Positions 10,200 to 19,744 of a stretch of 64,000 nucleotides of DNA are shown here, piece by piece. Position numbers and translations under genes: made by a program. Position 1 is the first letter of the stretch. Every line of letters begins with the position of its first letter. The stretch lies in the IMG/VR virus record IMGVR_UViG_3300020205_002848, positions 14,561-78,560 of that record; one strand, 5' to 3'. Below the pieces are notes generated by a model that made no database searches, was not told the origin of the DNA, and saw only the letters and a program-made list of their open reading frames with translations. The DNA is from a virus.

Positions 10200-10715
10200 T
10201 TATTTATTTCCAAACATTCTTTGGTATGCTTTTGTAGAAGCTGACTTTTTAGTCTTAATTCTTTTATTACTTCTCTTGTCGTAATCAGCTTCCCAATCTT
10301 TTTTGTATACTTTCTTACCCTTAAAAGTCTCAATCTCTTTTTTCATAGCTTTTGGCTTACGAGTTAAGTATTTTTTAGGTATTTTATTTTCAGAAATTCC
10401 TAAAATAGATTGTATGTCCTTTTCTATCAAATCTAAACCTTCGTCCATTGACTCAACATTAGTCTCGAAGTCTATTACATCTCCAGCTGTTTTACTTACG
10501 TATAAATCATCTATGTTAAATTCATATTTGATAGACAAGTCACCTGTTGAGAAACTAACAGATAAATGGTGGTCTTCTTTATTTTCCCACTCGTATATCA
10601 TACTTTTATTAGATATAGAGTCAATAAGCTCTTTTAACTCTTGCATTTTAGCATCTACTAAACTATTTGAGTTATCTAAAAACTCTCTTATGAATTGGTT
10701 CCATTTTTTAATCAT
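10200..10715 (-). CDS. hypothetical putative internal head protein with basic C-terminal module
   Basis: MIKKWNQFIRE; C-terminal KTKKSASTKAYQRMFG. Confidence 0.7.
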   Translation of the reverse strand: MIKKWNQFIREFLDNSNSLVDAKMQELKELIDSISNKSMIYEWENKEDHHLSVSFSTGDLSIKYEFNIDDLYVSKTAGDVIDFETNVESMDEGLDLIEKDIQSILGISENKIPKKYLTRKPKAMKKEIETFKGKKVYKKDWEADYDKRSNKRIKTKKSASTKAYQRMFGNK

Positions 10716-10763
10716 GGTTTATATATTAAAATAGAATAAACAAAATTGTTTTTTTTATATATC

Positions 10764-11546
10764 ATGTTTGATATGGTAAAGAAATTAAAATTTAAAATTA
10801 AATCGGATAAAATCTCTGACTTTATTGATAAGTTGGAAGATTTGACTAAGATAGAAGATAGTATAAAACTTAAAATAGATTCTGATAATATTTTGATGTA
10901 TTCTATTTTAGGTGGTAACATTATGTTAGCATTTAAAAACTATCTTGTTGATACTAATGATTACTTTGAAGGTAATGAGTTTGATTTTACATTAGATGTT
11001 ATAATTGGAAATGCTAAGAAATTCGTTAAAAATCTTAATTTCTTAAAAGAATCACCTAATGTAAGTATCGAGTTCACATATAAAGAATCACAAGATGATG
11101 ATAGTATTATGAACGCTAGATCAATTCAGGTTGTTGGTGGTAAACTAAAAGTAAATTGGTTGGCCGCTGAGCATTATGAAGTTAGAGATATAAACAAAGA
11201 TAGTCTTAAAAATAATCTTAATATAAAGAATAGAAAGTGGTACTTTAATATAGATAAACAAGATTTCTCAGATGTTAAAAAACTTTCTAATATAAATAGC
11301 GATAGGATTATTAATATTAGCATCGTATCTGGTAAAGTTATATTTTCTGAGAAGTCAGCATGGGAGTTAGATATTGATGCAATAGAAGAAGAAAGAAATG
11401 AAAATCTGATATTGAATAAAAAATTCCTATCTTGTATTAATGATGAAAAGAATATACAATTTAGTATTTTTGAAAACTTTATGTTAGTTAAAGACGATTG
11501 CTCAAATTTAATGCTCTCGTTTGAACAATCATTCGAAGATGATTAA
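10764..11546 (+). CDS. putative sliding clamp (gp45/PCNA-like)
   Basis: about 260 aa, two-fold alpha/beta pattern typical of clamps, near polymerase; motif-level only. Confidence 0.5.
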   Translation: MFDMVKKLKFKIKSDKISDFIDKLEDLTKIEDSIKLKIDSDNILMYSILGGNIMLAFKNYLVDTNDYFEGNEFDFTLDVIIGNAKKFVKNLNFLKESPNVSIEFTYKESQDDDSIMNARSIQVVGGKLKVNWLAAEHYEVRDINKDSLKNNLNIKNRKWYFNIDKQDFSDVKKLSNINSDRIINISIVSGKVIFSEKSAWELDIDAIEEERNENLILNKKFLSCINDEKNIQFSIFENFMLVKDDCSNLMLSFEQSFEDD

Positions 11547-11585
11547 TTAAAATAAATATAAATATAAATTAAAATATAAATTAAA

Positions 11586-11924
11586 ATGATCAAAGATAGA
11601 CAAAGAGTAGTTAGATTGAGAAAAAGGTTATCATTACTTTTAATGCTCATTATAGTAATTTTATTATGGGTTAAGAATAAATATAATGATGTAGAGTATC
11701 TACAAGACCAGATGGATTATCAATCAATTGTAATTGAAGAACAATGTAAATTAATTGATTCACTAAGTGGAATATTTGAGAATAATATAAAAAAAGATAC
11801 AATTATTGCAAAAATTGAACCGGTTAAATTTAAAAAACGTAAAAATGAAGATGTTAAATTAGAACCAGTTAAAATAACAATAGATAGTATTAAAAAAGAA
11901 GAATTGGTGTCTGACACTTTATAA
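11586..11924 (+). CDS. membrane-anchored coiled-coil protein
   Basis: N-terminal TM LSLLLMLIIVILLWV. Confidence 0.6.
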   Translation: MIKDRQRVVRLRKRLSLLLMLIIVILLWVKNKYNDVEYLQDQMDYQSIVIEEQCKLIDSLSGIFENNIKKDTIIAKIEPVKFKKRKNEDVKLEPVKITIDSIKKEELVSDTL

Positions 11925-11925
11925 A

Positions 11926-12393
11926 ATGATAACTAAAATATCCATATTAGGTAAAGAAAATTCTAAAAAAACTAGGTTAACTAAAGATTTAGCATGTTAT
12001 TATAATACTAATTTTGTATTGGATTATAAATATCTTATTTTTGGGAGTTTTGAAAAAACTCCAGAATGTGAGGATTACCTTAAAATTTCCAATGATAGAC
12101 TATCATTGGAAAATTGGCTTTTAAAGAGTTCCAATAAGATACTATTTTCAGATACTGATGACTTTAGTTTATATTTAGATGTTTCAAAAAAATTCCCAAA
12201 AAATAAAAAAGTAAAAGAGGAAATTCTATCAAGAGTTTTAAATAAAAAGTTTGATTATTATTTTCTAATAAATCCTACCGATGAAATAATTTCAGAAGCT
12301 AATAAATTAAAACTAAATATCGAAATATTTAAGGGAGAGTATGATGAAATTAAAAATAAATGTATATCATTTATAAATAAGTCTATAAATTAA
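11926..12393 (+). CDS. NadR-type P-loop kinase-like protein with degenerate Walker A
   Basis: KISILGKENSKKTRLTKDLA...ILFSDTD. Confidence 0.6.
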   Translation: MITKISILGKENSKKTRLTKDLACYYNTNFVLDYKYLIFGSFEKTPECEDYLKISNDRLSLENWLLKSSNKILFSDTDDFSLYLDVSKKFPKNKKVKEEILSRVLNKKFDYYFLINPTDEIISEANKLKLNIEIFKGEYDEIKNKCISFINKSIN

Positions 12394-13486
12394 ATTTTTC
12401 TAAAAATTCTGATTCAATTAGATAACCTTTGGTAGAATTAATATATCTCTTAGTTATACATAAATTCTCTATAGATCCAATCGTTATTGGATCTATAGAG
12501 AATTTAAATCCATAATACACAGATACTTTATGATCAATAGTTGGGAAAAATCTATGAGTGTGACTTTTTGATAAGTATCCTTTTATAAATTCATCATCGT
12601 AATAATCAACGCCATTCCATTTTTCATATAAAAACTTCTTGTTAGAGTTGGTAATTCTTCTAACCAACTTTTTATACTTATACCAATCACTCGTTTCGGA
12701 ATCAGATATAATGGTTCCGTTAGATTCTTTAGTATATTTTATTTTTCGTTGTATATCACCAACTTTACTAACATTATCAACTCCATATCTTTCTAGACAA
12801 GTTTCTCTACACTTTTTAATAGTTTCTGATAATTTTGATTTAAAAATGGATTTCCAATAGTCAGTCTTTGATAAATATTCATTACCATATCTTTCTAAAA
12901 ATGTTATTTTTATCTTTTCAATAGTTTGTATAATTTTAGAATCAATTGTCTTCTTAAATTGGTCAGTCTTTGAGTATGAATCAACTCCATATTTTTCCAA
13001 CATAGTTTTTTTAGATTTGTCTTTAAACTCATCAGATGACATCCACTTTCTATTCATCTCTCTACTTTCATCAGTTTTGAAATAAGAGTCAACTCCATAT
13101 TTTTCCAACATAGTTTTTTTACCCTTTTCAGAACCCTTTTGAATACCTTTCCATTTAATACTCTCTGTCAATTTAAACTCATCAGTCATTGAATATGACT
13201 TAACGCCCCATTTTTCTAAACATGTTTTCTCCTTTACATGATTTTTACACATAAAGCAAGAATAATATCCTTTGTCACTTCTGTTTTTATTAACTAAATA
13301 TTTCGAATAGGGTATATGGTTTTCGGAACTACATATTTCACAAATAGCTGTTATTTTATTCTTTGTACCCACTGGTAAGTCATTAACATTGACGAAAATC
13401 TCATTAGATATTGTATATCCTAAATTTAAATAGTAAGATCTATTTCTCAAATTAACTTTAACCAAAACTTTATCCTCCTTAATCAT
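12383..13486 (-). CDS. free-standing HNH-type homing endonuclease with EKYGV repeats
   Basis: CEIC/CFMC Zn motif, about 5 (C/M)LE(K/R)YGVD-like repeats, C-terminal PTIDHKVS...NLCITKRYINSTKG. Confidence 0.7.
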   Translation of the reverse strand: MIKEDKVLVKVNLRNRSYYLNLGYTISNEIFVNVNDLPVGTKNKITAICEICSSENHIPYSKYLVNKNRSDKGYYSCFMCKNHVKEKTCLEKWGVKSYSMTDEFKLTESIKWKGIQKGSEKGKKTMLEKYGVDSYFKTDESREMNRKWMSSDEFKDKSKKTMLEKYGVDSYSKTDQFKKTIDSKIIQTIEKIKITFLERYGNEYLSKTDYWKSIFKSKLSETIKKCRETCLERYGVDNVSKVGDIQRKIKYTKESNGTIISDSETSDWYKYKKLVRRITNSNKKFLYEKWNGVDYYDDEFIKGYLSKSHTHRFFPTIDHKVSVYYGFKFSIDPITIGSIENLCITKRYINSTKGYLIESEFLEKFNL

Positions 13487-13563
13487 ATAAACTATATACT
13501 TTTTATTATATATAAAATTATATAAGTCCCATTAGAGACAAATTTTAAAAAAAAACATAAAAA

Positions 13564-15029
13564 ATGACAAGAGAAGAAAAAATATTCAAGATCGAGTCTT
13601 TAAAAAAACAAGCGAGCGAGCTAAAGAAGGAAGCGGATTACTACAACGCACTTCAGCTCGCTCTTGTTTAGCCCCCGGTATTTATTATCGGGGGCAAAAG
13701 AGACTAAAATTAGTTCTAAATGGAAGTTACGGCGCATTCGCTACATCCTACTTTATATTATATAATAACCACGTAGCTGGTACAATTACTGCACAAGGCA
13801 GGGACCTTACACAAACAATGGACAGGGTCAATGAAGACTATTGGTATAACCAGTGGCACAACGACCATGAACTTCATTTTAAATTAGGTATTAAAGATGT
13901 AAGTGAAATATCTAAAAGTGAACCAGTTTCTATATATGCTGATACTGATTCATTATTCGTTTCTTTCAAACCAGCAATTGACCATTGTAATTGGAAAGAT
14001 TTAATATTCAATAAAGAATATTTAGATTCGATTGATGAGAAGTTTATCATATTAACAAATGATGAGACAAAAACAAATAATCCTAATTGTTTAGGAATCG
14101 CATCTAACTTAGATGATTTATCTGAATTAATAAAAAATGATTATAAAGTTTTATTATTCGATGGTAACTTTATTAAAGACAGAGGGTTGAATAAGATGAT
14201 AAAAAATGGAGTATTCACATCTAGTATTGGGTGGAATTGGCCAAGTGAGCAAGACTTTATACAGGGTGTTGATCATTTTAGATTTGGTGGATACTTTAAA
14301 AAATGTTTAGAAGATTACGCATCATCTTTTGGTGTTGAAAATAAAGAAGATTTTGAATTAGAAAGAATATCTGAATCGATTATCAATCTTGCTAAAAAGA
14401 AATATATTTGTCACATAACATATGAAGATGGCATCCCATTTGATAGACTGACTTATCTTTATCCAAAAGGTGTTGAGCTTGTTAGATCGTCTACTCCGGC
14501 ATTTGCTAGAGATAAGATTGTTGGTATTGTTAAGTATCTATTTACACACCCAGATACCTTTAATATAAAAGATTTATTAAAATTAGTTAAGGGTTTAAGG
14601 AAAGAGTTTGAGTTAGCTGATATTGATGATATCGCAATGCAGTCTTCTTGTTCTAATTATGATATTAAGGTTCTAAATGATAAATCATTACCTCTTCAAT
14701 TTGTATCAGGTGCTCACTTTGCGGTTAAATCAGCAGCTCACTATAACTATCTTTTATCAAAGAGTAAAGACCATCAACAAAAGTATGAGTTTATTAAATC
14801 AGGGACTAAGATTAAATACTTTGTATGTAAAGATAAATCGGTAACTGATATGTTTGCTTATATTAGAGGTTCTTATCCACATGAATTTGCACCACCTATT
14901 GATTATGATACACAGTTTTCCAAATCTATTTTATCACCGGTGAATTCTATTATAGAGCCATTGGGAATGCCAGAGATTACTAAAAGGTTATCAGTTGTAA
15001 TGGATATATTTAGCGGTTTTTCGAAATAG
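13564..15029 (+). CDS. family B DNA polymerase, C-terminal subunit (gp43B-like); interrupted by a 41-nt insert (join 13564-13665 and 13707-15029, about 474 aa)
   Basis: MTREE...YYNALQLAL then GTT TAG; other frame resumes CTA AAA = (L)KLVLNGSYGAF...TITAQGR; YADTDS, KKKY, KGVELVRSSTP. Confidence 0.9.
13606..13706 (+). other. candidate programmed translational bypass element (5' stem-loop, take-off CTT, TAG, gap hairpin, landing CTA)
   Basis: GAGCGAGCT(13614-22)/AGCTCGCTC(13655-63) plus AAACAA/TTGTTT stem; GCCCCCGGTA/TATCGGGGGC hairpin 13671-13695. Confidence 0.75.
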
Positions 15030-15953
15030 TTAGAAGATTATACCTTCAGGGTGTTTATTACTAAACACCTTTACTTTTCTAACAAAACTTGGATCAGTAT
15101 CATCTTCAATTACATCTAGAACTGGAGAGCATATTAAATCTATTTTTGAATATTTATTATTAGTTAATGACTTTTTAGCTTCACCTTCTCTACTTTTAAC
15201 CTGAACTGTATAAACTACTGAACCCCTTTTCATAATTAAGTCAATTCCATATATCATATCAATCCAATCGCCATCACCACCTTGGTATAATATTTCAAAA
15301 CCTTTTGATTTAAAATATTCAGCAACAAAGTTTTCAGCTTCTTCACCGATATCACTCATTTTTCTATTAAATGAAACATATTCTCTTACATCAAAATTAT
15401 CTCTTATTATCTCTTCAACATTATTTGTACTAAAAAATACCTTTAACCAAGATTTCAAATCAGCGACATTTAATTTTTTTATTTCTTCTATTTTTCCTAG
15501 AAGTTCTAAGACATCATATAATATATCAGCTTGATCTGAATAGTTGGTATTCAATTTATTAACAGGGTGGTATTCACCATTAGCATCTACTACTCTAACC
15601 AATTCTTTTAAATTAATTGACCAATAACCTGTTGGATATTTTTTTATATCAGGATATTTACCGGTTTCGAATAATATTTTAAGAGGTTCTTGATAGAATT
15701 TATTATAATTTTTCTTACTTGACATATCTAATAAAATATTATCAATAATACCTCTCATATTTAAATTATAAATAAGAAATTCTTTAAGATTACTTAATTT
15801 TGAAAAAAGAATAAGATTTTTTTCCTTTTTAGGGGTTTCGATAACTTCTTCTTTATCATCTTCTTTTTTGAAAAGTGGATCACCTTGATAAGCGTTTTCA
15901 AAACCAAATGATAACTGTCCTTCTTTTATAAATTCATTGTATTTTTTTATCAT
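15030..15953 (-). CDS. PD-(D/E)XK nuclease-like protein with capsid-targeting-like N-terminus
   Basis: GEEAENFV...DMIYGIDLIM...TVQVKS; MIKKYNEFIKE. Confidence 0.6.
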   Translation of the reverse strand: MIKKYNEFIKEGQLSFGFENAYQGDPLFKKEDDKEEVIETPKKEKNLILFSKLSNLKEFLIYNLNMRGIIDNILLDMSSKKNYNKFYQEPLKILFETGKYPDIKKYPTGYWSINLKELVRVVDANGEYHPVNKLNTNYSDQADILYDVLELLGKIEEIKKLNVADLKSWLKVFFSTNNVEEIIRDNFDVREYVSFNRKMSDIGEEAENFVAEYFKSKGFEILYQGGDGDWIDMIYGIDLIMKRGSVVYTVQVKSREGEAKKSLTNNKYSKIDLICSPVLDVIEDDTDPSFVRKVKVFSNKHPEGIIF

Positions 15954-15985
15954 AATGGTATATATTAAAAAAAGATATATAATTT

Positions 15986-16216
15986 ATGAAAAATGATGAA
16001 TTATATCCATTCTATTTAGTCTATCTAGATATTAGACTTAGTGGTCTAAAAATATCAAATGGTTCTTACTCTTTATTAAAAATGAGTAGAAGTTCTTTCG
16101 AAGACTTTAAATATAAATTTGAAAATGATGAACTTTTTTCAGAAAAGATTATAAAAATAAAGACTTCTGAAATAAGAGATAAAAAAATAGACGATTTATT
16201 TGATGATTTTAATTGA
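15986..16216 (+). CDS. hypothetical protein with RDxKI motif
   Basis: EIRDKKIDDLF. Confidence 0.65.
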   Translation: MKNDELYPFYLVYLDIRLSGLKISNGSYSLLKMSRSSFEDFKYKFENDELFSEKIIKIKTSEIRDKKIDDLFDDFN

Positions 16217-16595
16217 AGAGATAAAAGTTGATAATACCAATATTAGGTTTTATGATGGAATTGACTTCAATGAAATATTGAATCATGCAAAAGATGGATC
16301 AAATGGGTTTATTTTTTGTTACATAGACAGTTGGGAAAAAGAAGTTAAATCTTATGAAAGAGATAGTAAATTAGTATCTATTTTAAATAAATCAAAGTTT
16401 AATAAATTCAAAAGTGAATACATAGATAATAATTATGTCTCGATTTACCAATTGTCAAATACAAAGGTGGAAACTTTACACCAAATAATCAAAGAAAAGG
16501 TGATAAATAACCAATTTCATGACCATCCTTGGGTTCCAATTAGTGGATTTTCATCAGGTGGGTGGAAAATATCAAATAGTGAAGATCCTAATTAA
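16200..16595 (+). CDS. hypothetical protein
   Basis: internal ERDSKLVSIL motif. Confidence 0.65.
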   Translation: MMILIEEIKVDNTNIRFYDGIDFNEILNHAKDGSNGFIFCYIDSWEKEVKSYERDSKLVSILNKSKFNKFKSEYIDNNYVSIYQLSNTKVETLHQIIKEKVINNQFHDHPWVPISGFSSGGWKISNSEDPN

Positions 16596-16616
16596 ATATA
16601 TACTTTAGTGAGAATT

Positions 16617-17111
16617 ATGAAACATTTAATGAGATATGAAGGTTATACATCTATGGAAAGAGTAGATGACATTTTAGATAAAATATCTAAATATGGTATA
16701 AAATCGCTTACTCAGTTAGAAAAAGAGTTCTTAGATTCTCACAAATCAGGGCACGAAGAAGAATTACATGTAAAATTAGCAGAGTATGAGAATGAAACTA
16801 CTTTTGTTGATGATAATGGTAACTTTAAATTTGAATTTCTCAATTGTGAAGAATATGGTGGTGAAAAACATTATACAGGGGTTTTATATGTACCTGATCT
16901 AATACTAAAAAGTGGTAAAAGAATTCAAGGTATTTTAGGGGGTAAAATAATCGTTTATGAAAATGGTGGAATTTCTCCGGAATTTTATTCAGTTTCAAAA
17001 GACCCAAACACACATGAAAACTATGAAATTTTCGATTTCTGTGAGGGATTAGAGTATGAATTGGATTCATTTTTAGATTATGTGGTTGATGAACTAGAGG
17101 ATAAAAACTAA
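16617..17111 (+). CDS. DUF6576-like domain protein
   Basis: ERVDDILDKISKYGIKSLTQLEKEFL. Confidence 0.6.
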   Translation: MKHLMRYEGYTSMERVDDILDKISKYGIKSLTQLEKEFLDSHKSGHEEELHVKLAEYENETTFVDDNGNFKFEFLNCEEYGGEKHYTGVLYVPDLILKSGKRIQGILGGKIIVYENGGISPEFYSVSKDPNTHENYEIFDFCEGLEYELDSFLDYVVDELEDKN

Positions 17112-17152
17112 AGTTTGATATTTAATATATAATAAAAAAAAATAAGATTATT

Positions 17153-17701
17153 ATGATTAAAAAATATAATCAATTTGTGGATAGTAAAGCAAACGAAGAA
17201 TTTACGTTTAGTGATACTGCACAAACTCCGGTTAGACCTGATGTTAGACCTGGCGTTAAACCTGAAGAAGAAATAACACCATCAAAACCATCACCATTTA
17301 AAAGAAACAGACCATCTGTTGAGCCACAACCTAAAGCTAATTTAGAAATGGAAATGGAAGATGAAGAAGTTGAAGTTGATAAATACACACACGCTTTGAG
17401 AAAATTAGCAGAAGCTTTAGGTTCTGAATATAATGAAAGTGATAAATTTGTGATGGTTGATGGTAAGAAAGTAATTTTCCCACCGGAAACTGAAAAATAT
17501 CACGTAGAAGGTATTAAAAAACCATTCGCTACTTTAGAAGATGTTATTTCTCATTTTGAGACTCAAGATACTGAAGAAATAGAGAATAGAACTGAAGAGG
17601 CATCAGCTGAGATGGATTCTATTAAAGACGAATCATTTTTAGATTCAGGTGAGAACCAATTTGAATCGAAAAGTTATAAACTTAAAAGATTTAAAAAATG
17701 A
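17153..17701 (+). CDS. acidic/Pro-rich putative internal head protein
   Basis: MIKKYNQFV; late motif at 17123. Confidence 0.7.
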   Translation: MIKKYNQFVDSKANEEFTFSDTAQTPVRPDVRPGVKPEEEITPSKPSPFKRNRPSVEPQPKANLEMEMEDEEVEVDKYTHALRKLAEALGSEYNESDKFVMVDGKKVIFPPETEKYHVEGIKKPFATLEDVISHFETQDTEEIENRTEEASAEMDSIKDESFLDSGENQFESKSYKLKRFKK

Positions 17702-17811
17702 GATTAATTTTAATAATTGTAACTTTATTGATTATATCATCATGTAAAACTACAGAAGAACATTGTGACGCATACTCACAAAATGAAATAAAAAAAGACC
17801 ATCAAATTTGA
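17698..17811 (+). CDS. small lipoprotein (37 aa), not in ORF track
   Basis: MRLILIIVTLLIISSC lipobox then KTTEEHCDAY; ATGA overlap with upstream stop. Confidence 0.65.
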   Translation: MRLILIIVTLLIISSCKTTEEHCDAYSQNEIKKDHQI

Positions 17812-17823
17812 TGGTCTTTTTTT
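17791..17823. terminator. bidirectional intrinsic terminator
   Basis: AAAAAAGACCATCAAATTTGATGGTCTTTTTT between convergent genes. Confidence 0.8.
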
Positions 17824-17838
17824 ATTTTTAAATAATAA

Positions 17839-18147
17839 TTATTGATCCATTTCTTTTTCCTTTTGTATCTTACTTATAATATAACCAGATACTGCAAACT
17901 CAGCAGCTGACCATAAAAGGAATTCACCCATTGTAAGTGTTGGATATTTCTCCATTAAGAAGAATATCATACCCCATTGAGCGATTAAAAAAGCCATTCC
18001 TGACTCAATTCTCTTTTTTGAAAAGAATGAACTACTATTAGAATATATTTTTAATAATTCTGTAATACCCCATTTTATATTCCCCCATCCAAAAAACCAT
18101 TTTTTCTTTGTTGGTTTTGTATCCAACTCTTTGTTTTCCTTTACCAT
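17839..18147 (-). CDS. two-TM membrane protein (holin-like)
   Basis: SKKRIESG followed by two hydrophobic helices. Confidence 0.5.
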   Translation of the reverse strand: MVKENKELDTKPTKKKWFFGWGNIKWGITELLKIYSNSSSFFSKKRIESGMAFLIAQWGMIFFLMEKYPTLTMGEFLLWSAAEFAVSGYIISKIQKEKEMDQ

Positions 18148-18224
18148 AGTGATTAATTAATTTTTATAAATTATATATAAAATTAGGAAAAGAACTTTTG
18201 TCAATATATACAACGATATTATAT

Positions 18225-18698
18225 ATGAAATTGATAAAAACACTAAAATTTCTTTTAATTTCTGAGCATCAACACTTTTTATCAGTAGATGTTACGACTT
18301 ATAAAAGATGGAAAATACTAATAAAACTGGTTATAAATCTAAATAAGAACTACAAAACTTGTGAAATATATAGAAAGAAATTCAAATACTTAGAAGACTT
18401 TGTAGTTGTTGGACTTAGATATAACGGGAAAAATGTTAGAAGAAGAACATCTGGATTCGCTAAAGAATTTGTAGAACAACATAAAGACTCTAAATGTATT
18501 TACTGTGACATTTCTTTAACACCTGAAAATGCAACAGCTGACCACATAATTCCGATTTCATCTGGTGGAAATAATTCCCAGGTTAATTTGATTGTGTGTT
18601 GTAAAGATTGTAATGCTGAAAGAGGAAATTTAGAATTTAGTTCATACTTAGTTCAGAAAAATAAAAATCACAAAACATCAAGAAATTTATTTATTTGA
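18225..18698 (+). CDS. HNH endonuclease
   Basis: CIYC...TADHIIPISSGG...NLIVCCKDCNAERG. Confidence 0.9.
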   Translation: MKLIKTLKFLLISEHQHFLSVDVTTYKRWKILIKLVINLNKNYKTCEIYRKKFKYLEDFVVVGLRYNGKNVRRRTSGFAKEFVEQHKDSKCIYCDISLTPENATADHIIPISSGGNNSQVNLIVCCKDCNAERGNLEFSSYLVQKNKNHKTSRNLFI

Positions 18699-19271
18699 TA
18701 TTTTAACCTTTTTAAAAACTTTGAAATTATCTTCCCAAGGAATAAAAACTACACCGTCAGCCAAAACTTCAAGTTTTATTTTACCAATCTGACCTTCTTT
18801 CAATATGTTAAGTTTTTTAACAGGTATTATACATTTCCCATTTTCAACCTCACCTAAGAACATAATATTCCAATCATCTGATTCTATTACTAATCTAGTA
18901 GTTACTTTCGATGTATCAGTCCCATCTATGTGAATATCACAAGAAAAGTTTTCATTAACATCTTGATATAATTTATAATAATTGGTGTTTGTGTTTTCGA
19001 ATTGTAAATTACTTTCAAGTGAATTGTCTTCATCATCTTCATCATCTTCATCAAAATCAAAATTTTGTTTATTTTCAACATCTTGATCATTTAGATTTTC
19101 TTTCTCATTTTCTTGATCAACTTCTACAGTTTCTTCAAAATCATCTTGTTCAAATGAATAATCTTTAACATCATCCTCTTCATCAAATGAATCATCATTT
19201 AAAATTGGCGCACTTTCATTTATAAATTTATTGGATATAAAATCTTTGAAACTTATCACATCTTTAATCAT
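18687..19271 (-). CDS. acidic hypothetical protein with C-terminal beta domain
   Basis: 194-aa ORF, late motif 19276-19284. Confidence 0.7.
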   Translation of the reverse strand: MIKDVISFKDFISNKFINESAPILNDDSFDEEDDVKDYSFEQDDFEETVEVDQENEKENLNDQDVENKQNFDFDEDDEDDEDNSLESNLQFENTNTNYYKLYQDVNENFSCDIHIDGTDTSKVTTRLVIESDDWNIMFLGEVENGKCIIPVKKLNILKEGQIGKIKLEVLADGVVFIPWEDNFKVFKKVKISNK

Positions 19272-19281
19272 GATTTATATA

Positions 19282-19677
19282 TTATTTTTTAATATCAATT
19301 TTTATATTTACTCCAGAATTTATAAATCTTTCAAAATCATTAGTTGACACTTTTATATCCTCTTTTTTCTCTAAAACCTTTTCATAATCAATATCATTTA
19401 CTCTACAATATAATTTTATTATTTTTTCGGTTTTCTCATCTCCTATATTCTCTCTTAACTTATTCCATGGATTTCCATCTATATAATCTTTAAAAGGATA
19501 TCCTCCTGATCCACCTCTTTTTACTTCTAAAAGAATGAATATTTCATCCCAGGTCATATCTATATTTTCCCATTTGAGATTTAGTTCATCCCAATCTAAA
19601 TATTTCTTACCATTTGATATTTCTTCATCAGACCAATCAACATTGGTTCCTAGAAGAGATGAGTATTTTAACGACAT
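19282..19677 (-). CDS. hypothetical protein
   Basis: 131-aa ORF, Trp-spaced N-terminus. Confidence 0.65.
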   Translation of the reverse strand: MSLKYSSLLGTNVDWSDEEISNGKKYLDWDELNLKWENIDMTWDEIFILLEVKRGGSGGYPFKDYIDGNPWNKLRENIGDEKTEKIIKLYCRVNDIDYEKVLEKKEDIKVSTNDFERFINSGVNIKIDIKK

Positions 19678-19744
19678 AAATATTATAAGCTTTTTAGTAT
19701 ATATAAAAAATGTAAGATTAAACTATTAATATATATATCAAATT

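Noticed and set aside
13599-13607. -1 slippery site T TTA AAA leading into the open downstream polymerase frame
   Set aside because: It would replace the conserved YYNALQLAL helix. A -1 shift at GTT TAG would instead insert about 14 aa between Q and K of motif B.
13666-13706. Self-splicing group I/II intron
   Set aside because: 41 nt (and 7 nt in UvsW) is far too short for a ribozyme core. Protein-assisted excision is not excluded.
13666-13715. Perfectly matched GTT to GTT hop in the polymerase
   Set aside because: It would delete the essential motif B lysine
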